Shown here one piece after another: positions 41,205 through 53,212 of a stretch of 64,000 nt of DNA. Position 1 is the first letter of the stretch. The number at the start of each line of letters is the position of its first letter. Origin of the DNA: Balanoglossus misakiensis (taxonomy: Eukaryota; Animalia; Hemichordata); contig CM082577.2 of assembly GCA_040954595.2 (NCBI GenBank), positions 19,504,303 through 19,568,302 on the forward strand, given 5' to 3'. Position numbers and translations under genes: made by a program. The notes beneath the pieces are model-generated. The model did not search any database. It saw nothing but the letters and a program-made list of their open reading frames with translations, and had not been told where the DNA came from.

Positions 41205-44200
41205 ATTTGATCAACTCGTGTATTTTACAGCCATGACCTCAAAAAGTGAGCAGTCAATTGCACATCTACGATCTCGTGAAAACACATTCCAGTTTACAGA
41301 ACGCAGATAAGGAGATGGCAGGGCAATTAGCAGTGTTTACTGCTTATAGAGAATCAACACAGATGGAGATTACGTAAACATGCGTCCGATTAGCGCCTCA
41401 GTTTACACAAGCGTTTGATTGACAGCGCGTTTGAATTCTCAACGGCTGAAGTTGTGGGCTCGACTCTCCACCGTCGACGCCAAAAAATGCTGAAAATCGC
41501 CCCGGATTTGCATCTGTCTGGGGAATTTACGCCATAAATCGGTAGGAGACATATTCATGGTGGAATTTGTATGCATTGTGAAGGGTTTCGCGGTCGAAAA
41601 CTTCGGAAACTCATGCATTCTCGGGAGCGTGTGTCCGCAGTTCACCCTTCAGATTCAATTTACACAATGAACGCCGCCAGTTGGCTACCCCTATATATAG
41701 GGAAGCTCCGCCTTTAAAGTGGTTTTATTAGTTTCACTCTGTGTCAATGACGTTTTCTCTCTAATCCGAAGACTGGGTACAAATCATTACATTTCCATAT
41801 ATATTACGTCATTTTTGCAGATCATATGAAAAGGAAAGAGAAATTGTTTGAAAAATGAATTTAGGCACTACTTTCTGGTGAATTTTACATGCACATGAAT
41901 GTCATGACCGCTGCAACTGCACGAACAACTTCATTTTCAATTTAAACAGAAAGCAAGAGAGAACTGCACCCGGCAGCCAAGCGTCGCTGTTTGATTTAGG
42001 AATAACGAAACGTTCAAAGAAACATATCCAGTAGAAATGAAAGGGGAAGGTAACAATATATTTATCTTGTTTCAACAAACGGCGAAGTTAAGTCAGTGCA
42101 CAGAAAAAATGATACAAAAACACATGGGTTCGCGGTGCAGCGTTGCACATACAGCCCAATCAGTTGATCTTAAATTGTGTTTTTTCGAATGAATTAATTT
42201 TGTTTAAAAAAATAAAACATTGCATGTTTGAATTCTCTCGATTCATGGTCTTTTCATTCCGGTTTTATTTTTATAGTTTTAATACCATGATGAACGTCAT
42301 TTTAGAATTTTAGCACGGCATGATTTCATTACACATGCAGTCAGTTGACACCGGCCAATACTGTCGGGTATAGCACAATTCTTGGCTACCAACCCTTGAG
42401 AATGAGGGAGTTGTTGTTATTATATCAGCTGCAGTTTGTTAATTTTCAGACATTTAAATTGTAAAGAAGGACTGCTTTCATACACCTTTGGAGAACATTA
42501 TTTGCTGACAACACTGGTAAAATTGGCTCCCCAACGCTTAAGCTGGAGGGGCACAAACCTACTCCCCCCCCCCCTCCCCCCTCCCCAAACTTTAGGACCA
42601 CAATTGCACTGTGCTAGACTTGTTACTTTAAGTGAAGTTGTTGGACCAGGGCAGGACTAGTAGATTTCATTTAGGACTACTGTAGTTCTAAAAATAAAAT
42701 ACCACTTAGTCCTGCGTGCTAGTGGATGGTTTTACCCAGCGTCGAACCCTGATACATATCGGTAAGTTTTTTTTATATAGATTAATGCTAGTTTGGAAGG
42801 AAGATCATAAAAAATGCGCCATTTGGCACCTATAGGGACTTTAAATAATCGACTGATGTTTCAAGGCGGACTTCACACGGTGAATTTATACTTCTTGCCA
42901 CTGAGACGGGTTCAAAATGGCGGCTGGTTCAAATCGCACGTACATGTACTGCCAGACGTAAACATGTCTTAGAGTAAAGGGCAAAAACTTGTTTCGCGGT
43001 ATTCAAGCCATGTGTGGTCATCATATGAGTTACCTTTGAGTATGTATTTAAGTTGTGATTTTTGCCAAATTTAATTTTTTACATAAATCCGTAGGCCTAA
43101 TACTGACCCACATCCTGACTAATACGTCTTGGTGGTAATGGTGCATAATCACCCCAAAATAGCACTTTTCTGAATGAGTTCACAGCTTAACAAATAGGTG
43201 TCAACAATGCAAATGGCCGTTTTTCTCAGTTTGCATTTTCGCTGTTCTTGACAACTTCAGAGGAAAATAGCTTCGCTCTGCGTTGGCCGAATTTGCCCAA
43301 ATTTTAACTGGGGATTGTGTATGACCCATCCAACAAAACGGTATTTTTGTTAGTCGATCAAGTGTCCCTGGCGGGAATAATCTCTGATTCAATACAACTC
43401 ACCGTGAATTTGATCAAATTTTACTAAAAATCTAACTTTCAAACGCTATTACTCCTCAATGGAAGCAGATAACGCAAAACAAAATTACCGTTTTTTTGCA
43501 CGTGTACTCTAGTTTCGAATGACATATTAAGATGCATGATGCATGGTCAACATTTTTACCTATTTTAAATTTTATGACATAATATCAAAAAATGTTTTTT
43601 TTAACCCAAAATCGCCACCATTTCCGGGGATCAATAATATTTGCACTGCAAACAAAAGTTCAAAAACTCAGCTTCCAGAATATATATGGTTTATGGGGGG
43701 TTTTAACGTTGTCTTTGATGAGAAATAGGCCTCTGAAAAAGTCTCGACGGTTTCATGCAATGCCACCTTAATGGATTTTGAGGCGAAAAACCTTTTGACT
43801 GGGACTCAAAATTGCTCAGACAGTGGCCGGCCAGACGCGTTCAGACCTGGTTTTTTGGTCGTCCACGTACCTGGCTAGGACAATTGCCTACCTTTTTTTG
43901 AGCAATGTGAATGGCCTAGATAAGAAAAATTTCATGTGATTTTGTATGAAAACACCATCGTGTACTGGGCATATCTGAGCTATTGCCTGGCATGTCAAAA
44001 TGGTCCACCGCCAGTCATATTGGTTCATATCAGGATTCAAAATTAACATGAATCACTTACATGTAGTATACTGGACCTTACATGTAGCTTATTTTCAGTA
44101 TTTTTTGTTCTGTGTACCAAATGCAATGTCTTCTTCTACAACAAACAGCATCAATATATACACAGTTCTGCACCCCATTTGTCAGCATAGCCTGTCTGTG

Positions 44201-44308
44201 TGTACCAACCATTGTTATTGTTGACAAATGAATTCTAATCCTGACTTGAGTATTCAAATTTTGCACAAAACAATGCTGACTATATATTCGACATGTAGGT
44301 TGCATTAA

Positions 44309-44877
44309 AGCCACAGTATTTCTCGTTTTCGCATAAATTTTGTTTGAAACGGCATCTTCAATTTCTAAAAGTACATGATAATTGATACTGAATTGAACAG
44401 TTATCATGCCCAGCTCTGTTCATAAACACATACAATTTACAATATAACGAGTGAGGAATGACTTTCTGTCCGGACAGAAAGTCAGGTTTGTTGACAAATG
44501 CAATGTAATAACAATACTGCGCATGCGTACTCAAATCACGGAATAGGTTTGGTCGCCCCAAATCTAGCGACTCGGCGAAGAAACTCGCACTAATTCGGCG
44601 AAATTCTGGGAAGATATATATAATATATCAAATCCGAAAATGGTCTGACATGAAATGTCGAAGTGGCACGTTTGCTGATCAATATGTACAACATTTCCGT
44701 TGTAAACAAACCCGCGCATCATTTCAAGTGTTACGGGCAATATATACGGCTTGCATGTAGCTACAGTTGCCCAAACCTTTCTTATATCTTCATTATGTAG
44801 TATTCCATGATGAATGTACGGGGAAGCGGGCAATTTTCGATGATGAAAAATGGATAAACATGAGAAATACTGGGGCT
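44309..44877. mobile_element. Kolobok-like MITE (inverted copy of 15051-15579)
   Basis: ttaa|agccacagtatttctc..gagaaatactggggct|ttaa. Confidence 0.85.
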
Positions 44878-45041
44878 TTAATAAGCCGAACACAGGGCAT
44901 TTCATAATGCTTCAGGGATTTGAACAAGAACTGCAGTAAATACACAAAACAAAATTACTGAAAATATGGCAAAAAGTTACATAAACAGATGAATTTATTA
45001 CAAAATGACAACTTTAATTTATACACTTTAGGACAACCTAC

Positions 45042-45089
45042 CTCATCATTAGGACTAACAGCAAAACAAGTTATTTCCTCTTCGTCTGC
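45042..45089 (-). CDS. TBL3: TBL3 exon (48 bp): ADEEEITCFAVSPNDE
   Basis: Acceptor ttttgcag|, donor GAG|gtaggt, phase 0/0. Resembles TBL3 EDQEDITAFDLSPDNE. Too short for the ORF track. Confidence 0.9.
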
Positions 45090-45704
45090 CTGCAAAATAA
45101 ATTTTTTTGTAATAATTGGCAAGGCCATTCACTTCTATTTCTAAAAGCATCAATTTTTTTGTTTATAGTGTAATTGATCTTGTGTACATAGCAAATGTTT
45201 GAAACTTTACGCCTTTGCAGTATCGTTATTTTGCGGGTCAATGGGTCAAGGTGCGGGTCAAAGTGCGGGCCAATTTACTGGTCGATTTGCTGGTCGCACC
45301 AAAAAAACAAATGAGACTTCTGTGCAATTGTTTCTTGGAATAAAATGAACCCAAAATATAATCCCAGTTCCTTTAAGACCATAATAACTTTTGTGAATAC
45401 CACGAAAAATACATCTTTCAATAATTACAATGGAATCAACCGAGGATGCTGGCTGCGGTGCGGGTCGTGTATTGCGCCACCAGTGACGTCATGCTTTCCC
45501 GCCATCCGGTCAAGATGTCCGCCGACATTAGGTACGTATCGAGCGATCTTATTCTTTAAAATCATTGTTCATATGCAAAGTATAATGATTTGTATTGTAA
45601 AAGATTGTCATGATTGTAAAAGATTGTCATGATGTCACGCACTCAACCTAACCCCATGTCATATGTTCTACGCGTACATACGTACTGACTATACGTGCAC
45701 TATA

Positions 45705-46141
45705 CAGTGCAGCTTAGGAATAGCTTTCCAACTGCACCAACACTGGGTCAGCTCTGTTTAAACACTGGGTCAACTCTGGGTTGGCACCCTATTGGCGCTC
45801 TAATTAGCACCTATTGGGCTTGTGTTTAACTGGGGTGTTCCAAAACAATAGGGTGCGCCAAGGTGCTAACACTGAACAATGCCAAGTGCCAGGGCCAACA
45901 GATTCACACCTTTGTAACACTTGGAACACACAGGCTAACACTGTGTGCCAAAACAATAGGGTGCGCCAAGGTTTAACACCTTTGTAGCACATGCTAACAC
46001 TGAACAATGCCAAGTGCCAGGGCCAACAGATTCACACCTTTGTAACACTTGGAACACACAGGCTAACACTGTGTTGGCTCATTATAAACACCGTGTCAGC
46101 AAGTTGTTAGCAAATTGGAAAGCTATTCCTAAGCTGCACTG
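45705..46141. mobile_element. MITE with TA TSD and internal tandem repeats
   Basis: ta|cagtgcagcttaggaatagctttccaa..ttggaaagctattcctaagctgcactg|ta. Confidence 0.85.
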
Positions 46142-46927
46142 TACATATGTGGTATTTATTAGTACTCTCCAGGCTGCCACGATTGTCACAGAAGTGTTGC
46201 ACCAGTGAACATACTAGCAAAACAGAAATTGATAATGAATTTGGTATAGTAGTAATCTATATAACTTGTATGGTTTTTTATCACATACATAGCTCCGCAT
46301 ATACCATAGTATGACGTCAGACGTAGGTAAATTTGCACCAATCGTTATTGTAATACCCATCCCTCTGACGTCACCAAACGGAACTATTTTAAACTTGTAA
46401 ACAAAGTCCTCTTAGGGCGACAAAATTCAGTGCAATTGTTGGTTTTATTTCTATATTAAAAAAATAAGCAAAGATAAATAAAAAGTTTCGTATGTGTAAA
46501 TATGGACGATCGACGATTAGTTTTACCTGTGTACATTTTTATCGCACCAACCGGCACCAAAACTGTCGCGAGGTCATCAGTGCTGAGCCAATGTCGTCGC
46601 GTTGTCGAACGAGCGACAGGTACAAAACTGAGTATTCGCAAAAATTTTGATGCGACGATTAGAGCAAAACGGTCTAGTCATGAAGCAAAAGGCATAAGAA
46701 AGGTTTCCTGCTCCAGTGAAACCTTGACGGACGATGAAATCCTGCTGACTCACGACAGACGGGTCCTCGCCAAAACCAGAATCGTCCAGGTCGTGACCTG
46801 AGTCACCTGACAGATAGACCGCATAACATCGATCTTCAATTTTGCACAAAATAGTTCCAAATTTTATCGGAACCACAAAGAGATTTATTTGAAAATCAAA
46901 ATTAGCGGATCTATGTATGTGATAAAC

Positions 46928-47094
46928 ATATAATTCCCCCGTATTCCTCACTCGTGTACCTGCGTCGCGAACTCGTGATTCCCCGTATAGCTGTATCCCT
47001 CCTCGCCTGCAGCTTGGAGGGATACGGCCGCTATACGGGGAATCACTCGTCCGCGACGCAGGCACACTCGTTCGAAATACGGGGGAATTATATA
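46928..47094. repeat. Long hairpin (Crypton-like end)
   Basis: atataattcccccgtatt..ctcgcctgcagcttgg..aatacgggggaattatat. Confidence 0.65.
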
Positions 47095-47814
47095 TAATTA
47101 TCCACTAAGCTACCACTCATTTTAAAAATAAACCCTTTTCCCTACAAAACCTAGTTGATTTTTCCACATGACATATGAAAAGGATTTGATTTTCATAATG
47201 TGTTATCCCTCGAGCTTTACGAAATTCGAGGACTTAAAGCAGTCTGATGTTATTTGTGGGACCACAGTGGAAATAAGTTCTTAACTTTTCTGTGTTATCC
47301 CTGCACTTTTGACATTTTTGTTTTTGTTTTGTTCGTTGTAGTGTACGTTAAAGTGAAAAAATACATAAAATCAAATTAACTGTCAAGCAAGTACTTGCAA
47401 AACTTGAATTGAACAATCAGCAGATTGTGAAAATTGACAATCTTTGCTTGTTTAGAAAATTTTGGTACTAATAGTGATGTTCTTACCACTTTATTTCAGT
47501 GATGTCATTCTGATAGGCTTTATGCGACATAATAAACCATGGAAGACATAATATTTTCAAAGAAGATCTCGTGTTAAGTCCCTATTTGACTTCCTGGCCA
47601 GAGCTGGATTGTTTCTTAGAAACAAAAACTTTATCCCTTGCAAGTGGACAAGCAGAAAAATCATTAGAGGAAGTTTTTGGATCAGTGGAGTATGTTAATT
47701 TGCAAGTTGTCATATAACTTATAAGCAGATTGTACCATGGTTACAGGTGTTGGATGATGACATTTTTGTCCTTTTCACATGTACTAGTATATCACATCCA
47801 AGTTATGTTTGTAC

Positions 47815-47939
47815 AATAACCGACTCTGCCCTGACCATTAACGTTTGTTTATGGGTTCGAGGAAAGCCAAAATTCATGAATTTGTGGCTTTCCCCTTGCC
47901 CATAAACAAACATTAATGGTCAGGGCGTTGTCCATTATT
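47815..47939. repeat. Hairpin element
   Basis: gccctgaccattaacgtttgtttatggg is inverted against cccataaacaaacattaatggtcagggc. Confidence 0.65.
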
Positions 47940-48233
47940 TCTATAGTAAATGTAAACACAGAAATAACCGCCAATCTATGCATGGGATTTAATAAGATTG
48001 CATGCAATGTAAATGTCACTATTTATATAGAGTGGTCATAATGTCTGTTTCTGTTAACACTAGCTGTTCTTCTTTTCATGCTCACATGTACAGATTCAAA
48101 GAGAAGATGGTCCAGACGCCCTCGAGTGATTTACTCATATTCTGATGATGAGACAACCCATGCATCAGTCATGTCAGGAGACATAATTGATCTTACTGAT
48201 TCCCCTGGAAAGAAAGGTGGTGTGATTGACTTA

Positions 48234-48341
48234 ACTTCTTCACCTGAAACAAGAAACAAAACTTCTTCACCTGAAACAAGAAACAAAACTTCTTCACCTG
48301 AAACAAGAAACAAAACTTCTTCACCTGAAACAAGAGACAAA
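48234..48341 (+). repeat. 27-bp coding minisatellite x4 (TSSPETRNK)
   Basis: acttcttcacctgaaacaagaaacaaa repeated four times. Confidence 0.95.
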
Positions 48342-49102
48342 CAAACTGTGAACAAAGACCATATCTTGGATGAGATGTATGCCCATTTACCTGAAAGTTC
48401 TGATAGTTCTTCTGAGAATAGTGGAATTGAAAATACTCCTATAAGAGGTAGAAATATTCCAATGAGTAAGTTTTCAGGTTTAACCCAGAAAGATGTCAAC
48501 CAGCTGCCATATGATATTGATGGAGATTGTGCTTTTTGTTTGAAGTATGACAAAACTCCAGGCAATAGAATTAAGAGTACTGTGGATGGAAGAAATTTGA
48601 CACGTTACAACAAATCTTTCACAAAAGAGTTCAGTAAAAATGATGGATTATGGCTACGTGCTAATTGCAAGGGCACATACAAATGTGTTAATAATGAATA
48701 CCCATTCCAGAAATACTACAACTGTCAAAATTCTTGTCATTGTTTAAAACAGGGAGAAAACTTGTTTTGTGATGAGGCATATTGTGATGAGAATGTTGTT
48801 ACCTGCCGACTCCATTTAATGCAATGTGTACTTAGACATGTAAATGGTGCTAATGTTGGTCTGCCAAAGAAAAGTGAAACTGTAACCAAAATTTAGATCC
48901 CTCATGAATGAATTGGTGTATTCTGTTACTGTAAATGAATACACGGTATGTTACACAGAATTGGAAAGTTTCATACAAGAGATTGGAAATAGTGGAATTC
49001 TCCGATGGCTGTACTGGTGGGATAAAAGACGTACTCATGTCATGGAGGCATACAGACCTAAACGTTTATCATGTCCAAATACTAATTTGGCAGAGGTCAG
49101 TC

Positions 49103-49264
49103 TAGACTCTCTCACAGCCCACGATTCGCTACAAGGCTCTTCACTGACGCGCCCTCAACCGTTTGGCAAGGAAGAAGCACTGTTTGGTGTTGTTAGCGCC
49201 GGGGCACACATGCAATCAGTCCATAAGCCTGCATGGACAACGAGAGGGGCTGTGAGAGAGTCTA
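49103..49264. mobile_element. 162-bp TAG..CTA MITE with 9-bp TSD
   Basis: aggtcagtc|tagactctctcacagccc..gggctgtgagagagtcta|aggtcagtc. Confidence 0.9.
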
Positions 49265-50286
49265 AGGTCAGTCACGCGTCAATGACACATTGTAGTGGAT
49301 CTGATCTTACAATAGCAGAGGCAGCAGTGTATGACATACATGTAGCAGATTCATTCAAATATGGACAGTTGATAAAGAGTTACAGTGAGGGAACAGCTAC
49401 ATGTAAAAGTGGTGCAGGTCCATCTTATGCTATGAAACTGAAAGCAAAAGATAAGAAAGAGGAACAAACTGTTGATGCACTGATGAGAGAGTTACATGAA
49501 CAATTCATTGTAGGGAATGGTTCAGTGATGGCTTCAGGCTCTTCATTTTATACTGCAGATCCCAAAGCATCACACAGAGCAGATAGAGGAAGAGACAATG
49601 ATGTTAGACAAAAAGGGAGGTCAAGAACAAATTCCCAGTAAGGCATTAACCATGTCTATACAGAAAGCAAAAGAAATGATTAACTACAAAATTACTGAGA
49701 TAGAAGTAGCCTCCCCAACTCAGGCAACCTTGTGCATTTCAAACCCACAAAACACCATGTACTTTGTAAACTTTGCAGAAATGCCAACATGTACATGCCC
49801 TTTCTCAGAAAATCAGAATTCAGTTGGGCAAGGTTGTGTCGCCTGTAAACACCGTCTCTATATTCTACTGCAGCTATGGTTCAAGGAAAATGACAAAATT
49901 ATATTACAATTTAGCTACAATCAGAAGGAAATTAGAGATATAACAGCTAAAATTGAACATTTCATGACTAAATCAAATCCATCATAAGTCATTGAAATTA
50001 CAAACAGCCTCTGAAACTGACAATGAAATGTATGAATTTGTCTTTCTGCATGGCATAATTAAAAAGTGTTATGGCTGTAATAAACAGTTCACTGATGGAG
50101 AAAAAAGAGAACCCTACAATCTTATAATAAAACACCTTGAAGTAAGACCTATTTACAGCCAAACTAAAAAACAATGGTATATCTCTGGTGCGAAAACAAA
50201 ACAAAATGCATATTATCATCTGAATGTAGGATGTGTACGATTAATCCACCCATGTTTTACCCCCGCCTTATAATTATACCAGTTAA

Positions 50287-50632
50287 AGGGACAAAGTCTC
50301 TCTCTCGCTGCCCCTTTTCCATTAATTATGTTTGATACAAGACACCATTTATTTATTCTGAATGTGGATATATAGTGAATCAACGTTCAACCACACACAA
50401 CTTCCATCCAACCTGTAGACACGAGAGTGAAAAACTTGCCAAAATGAATAATCGGTGTTTACCATTTATTCATTTTGGCGGGAATTTTACACTCATATCC
50501 TACAAACGGGATGGAATTTGTGTGTAGTTGAATGTGGATTCTCAATATATCCACATGTAGAATAATGTGAACGGTGTCTTGTATCAAACATAATTAATGG
50601 AAAAAGGTTCGCGAGAGAGAGACTTTGTCCCT
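50287..50632. mobile_element. Largely palindromic Kolobok-like MITE with TTAA TSD
   Basis: ttaa|agggacaaagtctctctctcgc..gcgagagagagactttgtccct|ttaa. A lone end fragment lies at ~52560-52650. Confidence 0.85.
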
Positions 50633-52280
50633 TTAATGTACAGGCCGTTACCACAGTTGAACATAGGAGAGTGTTAGAAAATGCTGGGTTTGGACATGTA
50701 AGTCTGGGATGATAAGTAAGTGAGAAGTTATCAGTTGTATTTTGGTGTCACTATGCTCTGTTGGCAGTTACAGTTGTTTTCTAGTGCACCAACCGATAAG
50801 AACACCCTCTTTTCGATGAGAGTACCTCAGCTTTTCGATAAGAGCACCTAGCTTCTTGATCAGAGTTACCATCCCACTTTTCGATCAGAGTACCCGCTTT
50901 TCGATCAGAGCACCAAGCTTTTCGATGAGAGTATTCAGGTCTACTGGGGTGGGCTTAGGGGGTCTTATAGCAGTGACCCGGAAGTTTAAAGTTTTGAACA
51001 GTGTGGACGCTCAATTTGTTTGCCGTCGCCAAGAATGCATATGCGTCTTTTTCTAATTTGAATGTTTTGAATGGGTTAATTTAATGCTTACAAATTGATA
51101 CATTTTAGGTCTGCTTTGACTGGAAGGCGTCAAGTGTACATGTTGTTATGGAAGTTTATTTTAGAACCGCTCGTGGCTTGCCCTTCAAAAAAAAGCTTCT
51201 GTCATTTTTTGGCTGTCCGATCGGGCAAGTATTTAAGGTTGACAATTTACTTGCCGTGTATCATTATATAGTTGCTCCGGGCAATCGGGCGAAGCTTAAT
51301 TTCGACCCCTGTTAAATAAATATACAAAACTATTAAGCCCTAGTAACTAACTTTTAGCGATTTTTCAACTGTTTTTTTTTCTTTTAGAATTTTTTGTTCT
51401 TCGCGCAAACGATTCATGCCAAACTGCTACAGTGAATATACGCGCGCGCACAACGAAACCACAAAAGATCGAAACCTCAAAATGCGGCAGCAACTGACAC
51501 TATTTCCTTAAATACCACAAGGCGGGGAGGCATGAATTGCAATTAAGATAATAAAGAAATTTCGACAATGATACTGTGTTGTGTGAGTTACATGTGTTTC
51601 TATATATAACTACAAACTCTTACCCCCCATCAGTGTTTGACCCTCGAAAGCTTACGGACACTACTGCTTTGTTTCAACTAATCCTTCGCCCTGTGAATAT
51701 ACTCGTACATTGACCTTTTGGGGCGGGATTCTTTTTTGGCGCGCAACCACTAGTACCAGGCCCCAGACCAGGAACTGGCGACCCGCCGTTTGATTCCAAC
51801 GCCAAATTTGATTCTAATGTTGAATTTCCGAGAAAACAATTTATCTGACCTGTAGTTTTCTTGGCTCGCTTACATTTTAATTTGGAAACTTTAAAAAAAA
51901 CCATACGCCACCGTCTTGATGACTGGCCCATATTTTAATAATGGTATCGCCATGTTTCGTTGTTTCGCAAAGTATAACTAGCTCAGATTCCATGAACTCG
52001 AGATTCTGTGCTATTTTCCTCAATCTACTGGCCGGTTTTGGTTCTCTGCTGAACCACTTCTCCGGCCTGGCGTCAACACGGTGAACGGTTCGTGTTTTGA
52101 AGCCGTTTCCCATGCACATGGTCAAAGTTTGACCTTCCGGTTTACTGATCTCCCTAGCACATTACTATAAATTTGATGAAAATTCCAGTGACGCGTTGTG
52201 ACGTAGCCATGACACGTTGTGACGTAGGCAAAACGCCAGCGGGCCGAGTTGTAAAAACTCTTCAGTGAACTAGGGCGTCT

Positions 52281-52540
52281 GGGGTGCTCTCATCGAAAAG
52301 AGGGGCGCTCTTTAATCGAAAAGAGGGTGTTCTCATCGAAAAGTGAATACTCTCATCGAAAAGCTGAGGTACTCTCATCGAAAAGAGGGTGCTCTCATCG
52401 GAAAGCTGACGTACTCTCATCGAAAAGCTTTAGAGCTCTCATCGAAAAAGCTTGGTGCTCTGATCGAAAAGTGAATACTCTCATCGAAAAGCTATGTACT
52501 CTCATCGAAAAGCGGGTGCTCTCATCGAAAAGCTTGGTGC
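52281..52540. repeat. ~21-bp minisatellite (ctctcatcgaaaag..), with an inverted array at ~50805-50935
   Basis: About 12 units here and about 6 reverse-complement units (cttttcgatgagag) upstream. Confidence 0.85.
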
Positions 52541-53212
52541 TAATTTTGGCATGAATTACACTCCATACTATATAGCCACATGTAGAATAACGTACTTGTA
52601 TCAAACATAAATTATGGAAAAGGGGTAGCGAGAGAGAGACTTTGTCCCTTAAATGATAAAGAGTTATAATAAATATTTACATACATATTTATAAAAAAAC
52701 TTGTGTTTATTTGTGTATGATATGGTGTGAGCTGGTTACAGGATATATTTTTCAAGTCTAAGGACATGATTGTCATATTGAAAGTGGTGACCCGCAGCAA
52801 CCCGCACTGACCCGTACATGTAGCCCGCAAGACCCGCACAATAGTTACACTCACGCTTCTGTGCATCACTGAACATTAGGACACTGTGGTCCCAACCGTC
52901 CCATATGGGGATTACATTGAAATAGGTATACACCAGAATAAAAATCACAGATGACATTCAATGTCATCTGTGATTTGGCAAGCAGATATGACCTAACCAG
53001 ATATATATATGGTCAGAGACAAAATGATTTAAGACCAAAAACAGCAAAATTTGCCCCAAGAACACAAATTTCCCCGTTTTACATTACATTAATTGGGTTA
53101 CCCCTAAGGATATTCATACCAAATTTCAGAGCAATCAGACAAGCAGTTTCAGAGAAAACAATAGTTGTTTAACCTTTCCACCCCATTTCCCTCTTTAGAG
53201 GTCCAACCTTAA

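Larger units (their letters stand above)
48078..50701 (+). pseudogene. MULE-type transposase pseudogene (GCM/WRKY-like N-terminus, SWIM finger, C-terminal CxxC..H..C domain)
   Basis: DGR..CKGTYKCVN, WLYWWDKRRTH..NLAE..HASM, CTCP..CKH and KKCYGC..YYHLNVGCVR. Frameshifts and two MITE insertions; the catalytic core appears deleted. Confidence 0.7.
45218..52852 (+). mobile_element. Putative decayed MULE/MuDR element
   Basis: Decayed TIRs (16/22 match) with gcgggtc/gacccgc subterminal motifs; flanks acgcctttg and acgcttctg (7/9). Encloses a SWIM-domain transposase remnant. Confidence 0.5.

Noticed and set aside
52281-52540. CRISPR-like appearance of regularly spaced ctctcatcgaaaag motifs
   Set aside because: The intervening segments are only ~7 bp and similar to each other, there are no cas genes, and the context is a eukaryotic intron. 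It is a minisatellite.
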